A stretch of DNA of 64,000 nucleotides from Basidiobolus meristosporus CBS 931.73. Its lineage: Eukaryota; Fungi; Basidiobolomycota. The notes below the pieces were generated by a model. The model saw only the letters and a list, made by a program, of their open reading frames with translations. It was not told where the DNA came from and did no database searches. The position numbers were made by a program, and so were the translations under genes. Positions within the stretch are counted from its first letter, which is position 1. Each line of letters starts with the position of its first letter. The DNA lies in NCBI GenBank assembly GCA_002104905.1, contig MCFE01000027.1:1-64000 (forward strand), read 5' to 3'. Below are positions 1 through 12,348 of the stretch, piece by piece.

Positions 1-1141
1 TAGGTAGAATACTTCGGCTAGTTGGAGGTACTTGTCCTCGGGATGGTCAAAGCTACGGCGATGGCGGAAAAGTAGCCATTGCGAATGTTGTTGAGGATGG
101 ATGGGCTGTAGCCTCCAGAGACATCAGTACCAAGGCCAACCTTCTGACCTTCAGTCATCATTTGACGGATCTTAGCGATGCCACTGCGAAGACTCAAGTT
201 GGAGTTAGGACAGTGGGATATACCGGCTCCTCGTTTCTTCAATAATTGACGCTCAGCGTCTGTCGGGTACACCACATGAGCCATGATCGAACGATTGGTC
301 AATAGCCCGTGGGAATCGTAGACTGAGGTGTAGTCTGGTTGGTCAGGGTGAAGCTCCTTGACCCAGGCAATCTCATCAAGATTTTCATCAAGATGCGACT
401 GGATAGGAACGTTGTACTTGGTTGCTAAGCCGCTGAGACCCTTCATCAACTCGCTTGTGCATGATGGAACGAAGCGGGGGGTGACAATGGGGGTGATCCG
501 AGAGTTCTTCTTCCCGAGAACGTATTGGATGAATGCCTCGGTGTCCTTGAGACTCTGAGCAGTGGTCTCGATCAGGTAGTCAGGTGAGTTTCGATCCATA
601 TTGACCTTTCCAACAAACGCACGCTGGCCCTTAGCTTCCACAATATCCGCAAGCGCCTTGGAGGCATCCAGGTGGATGGTAGCGTAGTAGCTGGCTGCTG
701 TGGTACCGCTTCGGATCACTCGGTCCACGACCTTACTGTAGGCATCCTTGGCATAGTTGGTGTTGTTGAATCGGGACTCACGGGGGAAGGTGAATGTGTT
801 CAGCCAGTCAAGTAGCTGTAAGTCCATACCAGAGCCAGTGAACACATACTGTGGAGCATGGATATGGGTGTCAATCAATCCTGGCATGAGGAACTTCTGG
901 CTGCCAAGTGGGAATAGGCTAACACCATACTTGCTGGCGATCTGTTTGGCCTGGCTCTCATTGACATTGCTCTCCACCTGCACGATCTTACCACTCTTGT
1001 CAACTGCGATGACTCCATTGGTGACATGCTCCAAAGGAGGTGGCATTGACTCGAGTGAACAAAGCTGCCATAGAATACATTCTGAGCGGAGATAGCACTG
1101 ATGAGTGCGGTAGAGATGAATGCTAAAGATGAAAGGTACAT
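1..1141 (-). CDS. GUD1: Guanine deaminase (amidohydrolase family), 3' end runs off the window; N-terminal signal-peptide-like segment; two apparent 1-nt frameshifts (~1047 and ~50)
   Basis: Motifs PGLIDTHIHAPQY, TPRFVPSC, SHLDEN, HCPNSN and GLGTDVSGG are in ORF 18..1046. The N-terminus MYLSSLAFISTALISAISAQNVFYGSFVHS lies in another frame from ATG 1141. The C-terminal continuation FDHPEDKYLQLAEVFYL lies in another frame at 1-51. Confidence 0.9.
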
Positions 1142-2907
1142 GGCTTGCTTTGCTGTTGTTGAATGTGGCACGTCAAGGGTCATTTTTATATGCACTTCGA
1201 TTTCTGGAGTTTTCGGAGCACTGAATTGCTTTTGGGCGCAAAATATTCGCACATGGGACTCTGCATTCAACGTTATAGTGTTGATGAATAGCGATCCTCA
1301 ATTAATTAGTTTGTGCACGAGAACAAAACCAATTACGGTGACGATGCACTACTGTTGACGCACATCCTCATTATCATTCATGGTGGTGGCGGTGGTAACG
1401 GTGGTAGGTAATGTTAAGCCTTGCAACTAGGTAGCTTTTGCCGTTATAATTGGAATAGACATATCTGTTGATAATGCACACGCATCTATCTGCATCGATG
1501 CCTCCACCCGGAGATCCTAGATCTAACTTAATCGAGTATTCTGAAACATATCAGATTTGCTTATAAACTCACACATATCTGGTGGATAAACTTGACCCAA
1601 CATAATGTGCACTTCAAAAGAGAACATACAGAGGACTTCGACACCAATCCCGGTGTTTCATTACCACAAGACCCAGCTCACCAAGTTACCACAAGGACAG
1701 TATTGCGTAATCAACTTCTGAGTCACTATGAATAATATACTACTGTGTAGGAAGTGGCTCTCTGACTACAATATTAATGTTAGGTAGTGTACAATGGTCA
1801 GGGCGTATGCAGTATAGGTAAATAAACCATAAATATCTATACCTTGGTGCAGTCAGCGCCTCTGTTGTGCTGCAGAGCAGTGATGATGTAATCATTGATG
1901 AAATACGTTTACACCAAGCAAGAAACAGGAGTCAAGATGTGCTGTCTGTACATTGGCTAAGCGGCATTATAAACTCCAATCAAGAAATAGTAAGCAACAT
2001 CTCCAGTACCAGGAGCTTTTGAAGCATAGGCTTATATTATTAACCTTAAGCCATGTGAAATGTAATCATATACGAAGTTCATTCCGAGGATCAATTGATA
2101 AAAAGGGACTCGTCTAGAAACATGAAATCTCTCAAACAGGTAGGATTGTACTTGATAGCGTATCAACTCTATTCTTAAAGCTTCCAATAAATTACTTTGA
2201 TGCTGTGGCCAGCCATCGATGCATGGAGTGAGCACTACAACTCGTGTGCCGCTCAGTTGTACTTGTCAGCATAGTGTAATCACAATTGAGTAGCCAATGC
2301 TTAGTATGGTAAGTAAGAAATGATCCTTCCCGTTCTTTAATAACTGCAAAGAGTGATGCTTTGGTTATACAGGATTCCTGACGGATAGTAATTATTGATG
2401 TGATTGAGCGTAACCGATGTCGCTTTTTCCAACCTATTCGATCAGTCATTACGGCATAAATAAACTTGCGGGAGGAAGTATCAAAACCAGTTTGTTAAAG
2501 CATGTTTTCAGAAATAATTCATGATAATTTTTGTGGCAAAGAGAAATGAAGACACAAGGCTAGTGAGTAAGTCGATGAGTATTGCTCATCATGTACAGCT
2601 CTATATCAGCGCTGATTTGTTTTGTAAAGCCTACCCTCCTAGAGTCTGAAAGAATATAACCCTGTGCTAGTTTGGAGATTGAGAGGCATTGGCCACCAAC
2701 ACATTCCGGCAAGTAGTTACACATTTCCCTAGTAAACTGAACAATATCCATTGACTATGTTGTAGGAGGTGTAGCCTTCATTTGTCTAGTGGCAATACCT
2801 CAGGAAGCCACAAGTTGTCGTTGGTTCCATGTTGTGCTTTAAATTTATAGGTCTTCAGTTGTGAGAAACTCCGGATATAATAGGCTTGATAAGATCTGCA
2901 AAACATT

Positions 2908-2979
2908 GAGCTCAACCGGGAATTGAACCCGGGACCTCCTCGACCCGAACGAGGAATCATACTACTAGACCATTGAGCC
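2908..2979 (-). tRNA. tRNA-Pro(CGG), intronless, 72 nt
   Basis: Minus strand reads GGCTCAATGGTCTAGTAGTATGATTCCTCGTTCGGGTCGAGGAGGTCCCGGGTTCAATTCCCGGTTGAGCTC. Acceptor stem GGCTCAA/TTGAGCT, anticodon stem CCTCG/CGAGG with loop TTCGGGT, T-loop GTTCAAT. Confidence 0.95.
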
Positions 2980-4115
2980 AAGGATGATGTTTGTTATGAA
3001 ATCCAGGCCAGTTCCTGTCCTTCTGTTTGGTGTAACAAGGTCTATCCTTTATTTTAGCGTAGGATCTACTTTTTATACATTTCTCGATCATTTGCATAAA
3101 ACTTGTCTTACTTTAGCCCATCTGTCTTTGATCATCTTTGATGATTTTTGATGTTGACGCATCTCTATATGCGACAACTTGCTGCTTGTTCTGGTCGGGA
3201 TTCAGACTTTCATAACATGTTACAGAGTAAAGAGTCACTCGATGTTAAGTGACATCAACGCATACAAAGACGACTTAGTAGCCAGGGAAAAGCAAATCAA
3301 AGACAAATCACCAGACTCACAATAAGGTATAAATACCAAACAAGCAACTAAATAAAAAGGGAGTTTTTGGTTATAGCCAGAAAAGCGTAGTAGGAACGAA
3401 TATTAGCTTGAATATATTTCTACAAAGTCACCACCCCAACCTTTTAAAGAGATATTCTTACACTACCCCGTCGAATCTACAAGATAACATACACGTTATC
3501 CCTTTTCGTACTCTCTAAAGGACATTGCTCTTTAAGTACGTAACAATGACGAGTTGTAAATCAAAGATAAGTGAAGAAAAAAAATAGGTTATTCAACAAG
3601 ATTCGGAGAAGATATCTGGAGGGTTGGTAAACTGGTGAAAGTTTGATACTTTATTGATAATGGTTAGAAGGGCAAGCTTCCCAAAGGAGGGTCCGGGATG
3701 TATCAAATAATGTGTTATCATTGAGAGTGATTGATCGTCAGTGTGCGATTTCAAAGTGATCGATCAGTAGTGTTGAAATGATCGATAATGACCAGCTATG
3801 ATTAAAATCATAACAACGTCTCCTCTCAAGGTGAAGTTTACTATCAGAATAAACTTTGTCACATGTGATGCGTCACCACCAGTGCTCATCTATACCCATG
3901 TGAAGCTTATCATCCCAGAAATAAATTTCAGTAGATATTTTTAAACGAGAGGTGATTAGCACAATTTAGCTAGTAGAGGAAAAATCTCACCAATTCCCTA
4001 GTTCAGTTACAATATCATGAATCCGATTATTTGTAGTAATAGCAGATTGATATAGTAGTTGTTACTCTGAGCAATTTGCGGATCAGTAACGCATTGCACA
4101 ATTTTAACCTAGATC

Positions 4116-4163
4116 ATTCATTTGCTGACCTGACATATTCATTCATTTGCTGACCTGACATAT
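4116..4163. repeat. 25-bp tandem duplication (2 copies)
   Basis: ATTCATTTGCTGACCTGACATATTC is followed directly by ATTCATTTGCTGACCTGACATAT. Confidence 0.9.
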
Positions 4164-4538
4164 CATATTGAAGGATTTACTGACAAGCCTTGGCTGCATT
4201 GTGTCAGCTGCGATAGGCAGGTAGAAAGTTGTAAATAGTCGTGACTGGCAAATATGCTAAGAATTCCCCAGAAGATATGATGTGTCTCAAGGGCTGGGAT
4301 CCATGATGAAGCCTTCATAATCAATGATAGGCTTAGCTAGAAACATATATCATGCATCCTATAACGCACAAGCAAGGCCACATCAATCAATATATCATTA
4401 CAACGCTTGAATATTTACTTTTCGAACGGTGAGTATATTCATGCGTCCTATGAGAGAGTTGTGAATGCAAGCCCACCTCAGGATAAAAGCTGAGCAACGC
4501 ACCAGAGTAAGAACATCAAACTTCAGCTACAAACAATC

Positions 4539-7509
4539 ATGACCATCTCCAAGCTTAGCGGATCATCCTTCTACGGAGTTCGGGGCATAAGGAAGGCTTC
4601 AGTGCAAGAGTGTAAGGAGACTATTGATGCACACAACTTGATCACCAAAACTTACCACCTCACCCTAGTCACAGCCCGTGAAAGAGCAAACAGAATTCAA
4701 AATAGCAATCTCGTCCGGTTGGTAGAGGCATATCGCACCTACGGCCATAAGTGTGCCAAGATTGATCCATTGGATATGTGGCGCCAAGAGTATGTTCAAT
4801 CCTCTTGTAATCAAAAAAGCGGTAACTAACAAGAAGCACATTCAGTCGTGAGCCATCCCTAAACCCGGCCATGTATGGCTTGGTCAATCCGGATACTGTA
4901 TACTACCTTGAAGGTATAGACTGCTTGACATCTTTATTTATACACGCACTAACCGCCCTCTCAGGTGTTTTGGAGATGAAAGGGCTTAAACGTGCAACAC
5001 TTGCCCAGATCATTGATCACTTGGAGCACACTTACTGTGGCCATATTTCATTCGAGTTTATGCACATAGCAGTAAGTTGTATACACTGCGCTTTGTTGTG
5101 AGCCTCGCTAATTTTCGATTCCAGGATGATCACTTACGAAAGTGGTTTGCCCGTCAAGCGGAAACCTACAATGATATCAGATTCTCCAAGGAAGAAAAGT
5201 CCAAATTCTTGGAGTTGATCACAAAATCGGAGACTTTTGATCATTTCATGATGCGTGAGTGTGGCCACCAAAAGCAGTTCAGTCTTGAAGGTTCAGAAAG
5301 CGCGATTGTTGCCCTGCAGCAGGTTTTGGAGCTGTCCAGCAAATACGGAGTGTTGGAAGTCGTGATGTGCTTGACACATCGCTGCCGTATGCAGATCATG
5401 ATGGAGTTGCTGGGTGTGCCCAAGGACTCATTGTTCCGGAAATTCCAAGGGCTCTCCGAGTTTCCAGAGGAGACACCCTCTCACATAATTGGGGACCTTG
5501 TCTATAACTCCCAAGCCTCCGTAGACCTGAACCTGGGTGGGAAACGTCCGCTGCACGTGTCTGTAGTTCCTAACCCCTGCCACTTGGAACTTGTTAACCC
5601 TGTTGCGCTTGGCAAGGTACGAGCCAAACAGGAAGACTATTTATCCCAGGAAACAGACGACTATAAAGTGGAAGATATGGTGATGAGCGTTCAGATGCAT
5701 GGCGATGGTGGCTTCACCGGTCAAGGAGTGGTCACTGAAACATTTGGTTTAACCAATCTCCCACACTTTACTACTGGAGGGACTGTTCACATCGTACTCA
5801 ACAATCAAGTCAGCGTCACCACCGACTCTACGAATGGGCGGTCAACCAGATATTCGTCAGATATTGGTAAAGTCGTAGAGACCCCCGTCATCCACGTAAA
5901 CGGTGATTACCCCGAACTAGCGGCAATTGCTGGACGAATTGCGGTCGACTACCGCAAAACCTTTGGAAAGGATATCATCATAGACATGATCACATATCGT
6001 CGCCATGGGCATCACGAAGCAGAGGATCCATTTTGCGCACAACCCTTAATGTACAAGGAGATCAAGACGCACAACAGTGTGATCGACCTATACACCTCGC
6101 AACTGGTACAAGAGAAAATGATCGATTCCACTCAAGTCATGGCTGATATAAAGGCGAAGCATGACGTTCACATCATGAGCTGCTATCGTAACGCACCAAA
6201 GTATAAGGTCCAACCGACCCATATGCTTGGGAAATGGAAGTCGATGACTGTTCCACTGCAGACTATTTGCAAGATGGATACTGGAGTGGAGCCTAATCTT
6301 CTGCGTAAAATCGGAGTACAGTCGGTCACAGTGGCGAAAGATCTTGTCTTGAATGAAAAGATGAAAAAGCTCAATATTGAGCCCCGCTTGGCGCAAATGG
6401 AGGAAGGAAAACACATTGGATACGCTGCTGCTGAAGCCATGGCTATTGGCTCACTCCTTCTTGAAGGATATAACGCTCGTATTTGCGGCCAGGACGTGGC
6501 ACGTGGCGTATTTATTCCTAGGCACGCCATGATTAACTGCCAAAAGACCAATACCAAGCACACTCCTCTGAACACTCTCTCCTCTTCTCAAGGAAAGCTA
6601 GAGCTAGTGGACAGCCCACTTGGAGAGTTGGCAGTGATGAGTTATGAGTACGGTATGTCCTTGGAGACACCAAATCGATTAAACATATGGGAGGCTCAAC
6701 TTGGGGATTTTTTCAACTCCGCACAAGAGGTGATCGACAGTTTCATCTCAGGGGGGGAAGAGAAGTGGCTACGACAATCGGGATTAGTCCTCGTACTCCC
6801 CCATGGTTATGAAGGAGCGGGCCCTGAGCATACCTCCTGTCGCATAGAGCGCTTCCTCCAACTCTCCAGTGACCGGTTCAATGTGACCGATCCAAACATT
6901 AGCAACAATGTCAACTGGCATGTTGTCAATTGCTCTACGCCCGCTCAATACTTCCACGTCCTACGCCGTCAAATGAAGCGGAATTTCCGCAAACCTCTGA
7001 TTGTTGTTGGACCAAAAAGGCTCACACGTATACCAAAGGCAGTGTCTGATCTAGATGACTTTGCACCAGGCACTTCGTTCCAACCAGTGATCCCGGATAC
7101 CGAGGCCAATAGACTTATGGTACGCCGAGTGATATTCGTCTCTGGAAAACTATACTATGAATTGCTAGAGGAAAGATCCAAGAGAGGTTTGTCAGACATG
7201 ATAGCTCTAGTAAGAGTGGAAGAATTCTCCCCGTTTCCCAAGGAAGATTTGGAGAAGGAAATATCAAAGTATTCCGAGGCTTGCGAGTTTGTGTGGTGTC
7301 AAGAAGAAACCCAAAATGGCGGGGCATGGTTCTTTATGGAATCAAGATTCAATCAAATCCTCCCAGCCCAACGTCAACTTCGATATGTTGGAAGGAGCAC
7401 ATGTGCCGCCCCTGCAAATGGTATTTATGTAAAGCACCTAGATGAACAAAAACGAATTTACGAAGATGCACTCACATTGCCTCCAACTGAGCATCAATTA
7501 TCAACTTAA
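4539..7509 (+). CDS. 2-oxoglutarate/2-oxoadipate dehydrogenase E1 family protein (DHTKD1-like), divergent; 3 short introns near the 5' end
   Basis: Exon 1 has LVEAYRTYGHKCAKIDPL. The long exon has NPCHLE, HGDGGFTGQGVV, NNQ, YRRHGH, WEAQLGDF and PHGYEGAGPEHTSCRIERFLQ. Introns include GTATGT(4790)..TTCAG(4845). Confidence 0.9.
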
Positions 7510-7829
7510 TAAATATTTGTATTATATCCGCATCAACATTGAGTTATCACATAAAATATTGCGGTCTAGTCTCCGCGACAAAACCATTATTGTGCAAGAC
7601 TCCACATATTTAGATTAGCCCCATAAGTTGGCTAATGTTGTTTGGCGGGCGTTATTACAAGTAGTTTTGGAATTCTGTAGTGTGCTTTGTTTCCAGTGAG
7701 ACTAGGTAAATGATTTTATTTTCAGGACAACAATCAAGGAATTATCTCTTAATCACACTGAATAAATTAAACCATGGGACTTGATTTGAATTTCGGTGAG
7801 CTGAATAGATCCCTATGAAAAATATCAAG

Positions 7830-8640
7830 CTTGGATTTCATATGGTATTCAGATGGCAATTTTCGGTCAATTTCTCAAGTGTCAATACCTCTGGAGTTAG
7901 TAAGCCGACTCTTACCGTATTCGGTATGAAGATCGCCCAGGCACAACACTCTCCAGGGCCTCTGGTATTGATTGTTGTAACTTCAAGGGAAATTGGATTT
8001 CTGCTGGCATTATGCTGATTTTTAGTAAGTATTTCTCATGTTATGACGCAGTAGTGAGGAAGATGGCTATTTTCTTAGCGCAGGTACTACCAGAGTAGAA
8101 AACCCTGGTAACATACTAAGATACTCTCCATTGGTCATGCACTGCCTTATAAATGGTGGGAATACCAAAGGGGAAGTCATCAGCTTCCTCTATATGCTTT
8201 GATGCAATCACTGGAATATTTGGAACAAGTAGGACATGCATCTTGTCAAGCACCTCTTAGATAGAGTCTAGTCCCCCAGGGAGGTTAACACTTTTATGTT
8301 GCCTACCTTCTTAACATCCTGCTTGAAGGCAAGAGCAGACTTACAGAGGTGATGATCAATGGAGTAAATTATGACAAGGATGATCTCCGCTTTTGAGAAG
8401 CCATGATTCAAATATGTAGCGGCAGTAGTAGTGGGAGGTGAGCTACATGATTGATAGTGCTTGGTAATGCTTCAAGAGCACTGTTAATAACTTCATAGCT
8501 CAAGTCAACATTGTGCGTGATTGACTACTCTATAAACATGTATTCAGATGCAGTTGTGACAGCCATCTCATTGAGTATTTTCCTTAGGAAATTAGTGGCT
8601 TGAAGAGAGGAGAAATTCTCTAATTAGCTGAAGCATCTCT
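7830..8640 (-). pseudogene. Possible decayed coding remnant of unknown origin
   Basis: Protein-like stretches (for example EVLDKMHVLLVPNIPVIASKHIEEADDFPFGIPTIYKAVHDQW) are broken by stops and frame changes. No family recognised. Confidence 0.25.
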
Positions 8641-9181
8641 AAGGAAATACCAAGGTTAGGGTAGGCTACTGATCCAATCAACTAAACGATCGGGCGATTA
8701 GAAGTAATGATCAGTAGTGAAGGCCATGCTACAGTAGAAATGAATGATTCTCACAACTTGCTAGTACTGAGCAAGCTACAATTGGCTATATTTTTCATTC
8801 GAGCAAGGAGTTCCTAACAAAATCATGCCTTCCTACGACATGCGTAATGGATTTTCAGCACCAGAATATGCTCCAGAACCAGTCATCGGCCCACAGGCAT
8901 TCTGGCAATTAATGATTGGATCCTGTGTGATATGATCATTAGCATGTTATTCAGACACGTGTTGGAGACCACAATAAATCATCGAGATCGAGTAGCTGGA
9001 CTATGATTGCCTAAAGCATAAGTAAAACTGGTGGGCAAAATTGACCCCAATAGGGTAGTAGGAATCCAACCTTGTGCCCGAGAAATGCTACTGCTTTTGA
9101 TAAACCTATTATTTATTATTGTGTTGTTATCTAACCTGCACTTAACTCTCTCTAATAAACCACCCTTCCTTAAACTCTCCG

Positions 9182-10067
9182 ATGGACGTTCCCAACCAAG
9201 AGAACTTGGTTCGTATTTCCCCCAAGGAATTTGCGTTCGCCGGTCAGTTCACGAAGCTTGGGTTTGCAGTGGTGTTCGACATGCTCATTTTTATCTGATT
9301 GTAGCAACTGCAGGGGCTAGTGGAGCACGTATCAGTCGTTTAAGCGTTAAAAATCTCCAATCTAGCCCGGTCGGATTTAAATTCAAAACCAACGCCCCAC
9401 TCCGGTACTCTGTAAGGCCGGTATACGGCGTTCTGGAAAGCTTTAACAGCATAGCAGAAGTCTATGGTAAATATACAGTGGCCGATAACGTAGGAGAGTG
9501 CTCTAACCGGTATTTTACAGTTCGTTGCGAATCTGAAGTTCAGTCATCTGATCGGTTTCTCATACAAACGGCCCTACTGACCGAAAAAGAAGCAGAAAAT
9601 ATGGGCCCAAATCTGGTATTGAACCCAAACAAACACTAACGTTCGACAGATCAATAACCCATTTTTTATTCAGTGGAAGTCGCTAGATCGAAAGCGGATT
9701 CTGGAGCATTTCATAAATTGCAAGGTGGTGGAGAACTCGGTGTATACTTCCCACTCTCGGTCTTCCTCCAACGACTCCTTACTGGATAATAAGGGGTTTT
9801 CGACTGTGAATGCAAAAGTAAGCGCTATATATAATCTCCCTACGAAGATCTGTTGCTGACCGCCTGTAGCGTATGGAACCTTTAACCAAAAGCACCAAAA
9901 GGTCACATCTGGAGCCGCTTAAGGAAGACAACGACACCTCCGCCTCCAAAGATAGAACGCTCACGGGAATACGATTTAGCCGGCAAGAGCTGTTCCTGAT
10001 CTCGTTTGTCTTCTTGATGCTAGGAATCTTTGTACCAGTCAGACAAGTTCTTCAACTCCTTACGTAG
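9182..10067 (+). CDS. MSP (major sperm protein) domain protein with C-terminal membrane anchor, VAP/Scs2-like
   Basis: Spliced MDVPNQENLVRISPKEFAF...VKNLQSSPVGFKFKTNAPLRYSVRP. C-terminal hydrophobic segment LFLISFVFLMLGIFVPV. Confidence 0.8.
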
Positions 10068-10237
10068 ACTGGCGTTCGTTGTTGCTCTTGCATCCCAACC
10101 ATCATCATAGCTACTAATCATGTTTATTAATTTCCCACCGTTCAATCAGCGTGTAAATATAGTTCCATATTCCCTATCCCTTACGTGCCTTGGTCGAGCG
10201 TAATAATAAAACTGTGCTTTATTAACGAGCCTTCTTT

Positions 10238-11065
10238 TTAATCGATCGACACCAATTCTACCTCAAAAATCAGCGTGGCATTGGGGGGAATGCTGCGAGC
10301 GATTGTTAGTATTTCATTTGTCTGCGATGCGTAAAGATGTGCTTACCCAGCCTCCGGAACTCCCTTACGTCCGTAAGCCCATTCTGGCTCAATGGTAAGT
10401 CTGGCCTTTTCACCCTTGCACATGGTGAGCAACCCTTCGTCCCAGCCACGAATCACGCGGCCAGTGCCAACCTTGAATCTGAGTGGATTCTTCTTCTTCT
10501 GCTTTCCATCTCCTTTGTTGCTATCGAATATCTTTCCATCCTCAAGTCTACCGGTATACCAAACTGAGACCATGTCTCCCTTCTTGGGAACACGTTCTTT
10601 GTCACCTTTCCCAAGGGTGATCTTTTTGAATTTTGGCTCTTCAACTACAACCTCAGCAGGCTTGACTTCAACTTCCTTGGTGACGCCGGCGTTGGCACGA
10701 AGTAAAGTAGGGTCACTTTCATCCGGTTGACTGGGGAGCACGGGTCAGAGAACTTCGTTCGGTACACTGGCTGGCTCAACAAGCGCGAGAACTTACCGGA
10801 AGGCCTGGGTTGCGAATAGCTGTTCGTAGGCGTTGGCCAAGGCATCCTTTTTGCCTGCCTTGGCTACGTTCTGGAGTTTACCGTTTAATTTGTGTTCCAA
10901 CAAAAACTGGAACCATGTTAGCCTTACCAAAAGAAAGTAGCATGGGAACGCTCACATATGTACCTGATTCGAGGCATTTTGGTGCAGGAATTGCACGATA
11001 TCCTTCTTTGAGATGTCGTCGGAAAGAAGTTGCTCAAGAGTCCAGGTACGTTCGGGAGCTGACAT
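10238..11065 (-). CDS. FKBP3: FKBP25/FKBP3-type peptidyl-prolyl isomerase (N-terminal basic helical bundle plus FKBP domain)
   Basis: N-terminus WTLEQLLSDDISKKDIVQFLHQNAS. FKBP domain WYTGRLEDGKIFDS, basic loop KQKKKNP, VIRGWDEGLLTMCKGEKARLTIEPEWAYG, ending LELVSID*. Confidence 0.9.
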
Positions 11066-11396
11066 GGCTGGCAAGTAGTATAAACTCTCAGAAAAAAGCC
11101 AACCCACTGAGGCTATATATTTATTTGGTGGTTTTTTCTTTTTGATCAGTCGAGACCGAAATGATGCTGATGGAATAAAAAATAAACTAAACCCTATGCC
11201 ATGCATTCAAGTGATGAAAGCCCGTTTCAAACCACGTTTTAATTAACCAATGGATTTGTTACTTGTGGAGAGTTGGCACGCAGTTGAGTCTGGAACCAAC
11301 TTCAGTTCTTTCATTGAATCCTTTGCGAGTTAAAAGCCCAAGTGAGCAGGTTACTTTACCTTGAACCAAGCCTGATTTTCTGCTCGTAATCCCTTC

Positions 11397-12128
11397 ATGC
11401 TTCGTGGCACCCGGTTGGCCATTCTAGTTCTGGTCTTGTTGGCCTTTGTGTTGACGTTGAGTACATTTTTGAGCGACAAATACAATCCCTTTCACGATGC
11501 GCAGATGAATCGCTTGAGCGCTCCTGAACTCGATTCACGTCCAATCCCTGCTACTCTGGAAAACCTTGGCTCAATCAAATTTGGGGACGCAGAGGTGATC
11601 ATGGGTAAGCTAGGAAACGCCACGGCTAGGTATGTCTTTCAAGTTGGAGTGAACAGCAACCTTTCAGAAGTTTAATTTCCAGCCACAATACTTCGTAGAG
11701 CTGAGCTTGGAAGAGCTACATGGCATCTGGTGCATACGATGGCTGCTAGATTCCCTGAATACCCTACGCAACAGCAACAGCAAAGTTTGCTCCAATTCTT
11801 CCATCTACTCTCTACCTTGTATCCTTGCGGCGATTGGTAAGTTTTCCTTGCAGTGTTCGCGAAGAATGTGAAACTCATCTGTCCATAGCGCCGAAGAATT
11901 CCAAAAACTACTGAAACAGAATCCTCCACAGGTAAGCGAGGTTGGGACGGCGATTATCCGGAATTCGCCTATTAACACGAGCCCCCTTTCTTTTAGGTGA
12001 GCTCCAGAGAGGCCGCGTCTCAGTGGGCTTGTGGTATCCACAACCTAGTCAACAAGCGGCTAAGGAAGCCGCAATTCGATTGTAGCACAGTGGCAGAACG
12101 CTGGAAGTGCGGATGTACCGACGAGTAG
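11397..12128 (+). CDS. ERV2: ERV/ALR FAD-linked sulfhydryl oxidase, ER type (Erv2-like); 3 introns
   Basis: N-terminal hydrophobic anchor, AELGRATWHLVHTMAARFP, YPCGDC, HNLVNKRL, FDC and terminal KCGC. Confidence 0.9.
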
Positions 12129-12348
12129 CAAAGCCCACTCAGTTGGATTGCTTTCGAGAGATCTCTTTATTGGTTCATAAAGTTTGGAATTGGAATAAAG
12201 TGATTGGCAAAAGACATTCATGTCTCGTTTTGGGGTGAGGAGATAGGAAGAGGTGAAAGAAGGGGGTCAGCCGAAGGAGAAGTTCGAATGCATTATTTGT
12301 GGAGTGCGAAAAGATGATGGGATTTATGGTTCTCTTTACGAAGGAATC

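Noticed and set aside
1400-2760. Short ORFs between the guanine deaminase gene and the tRNA
   Set aside because: No recognisable domains. They could be decayed sequence, but I cannot support a call.
2778-2981. 67-aa ORF MAQWSSSMIPRSGRGGPGFNSR
   Set aside because: This is the tRNA-Pro gene read as codons.
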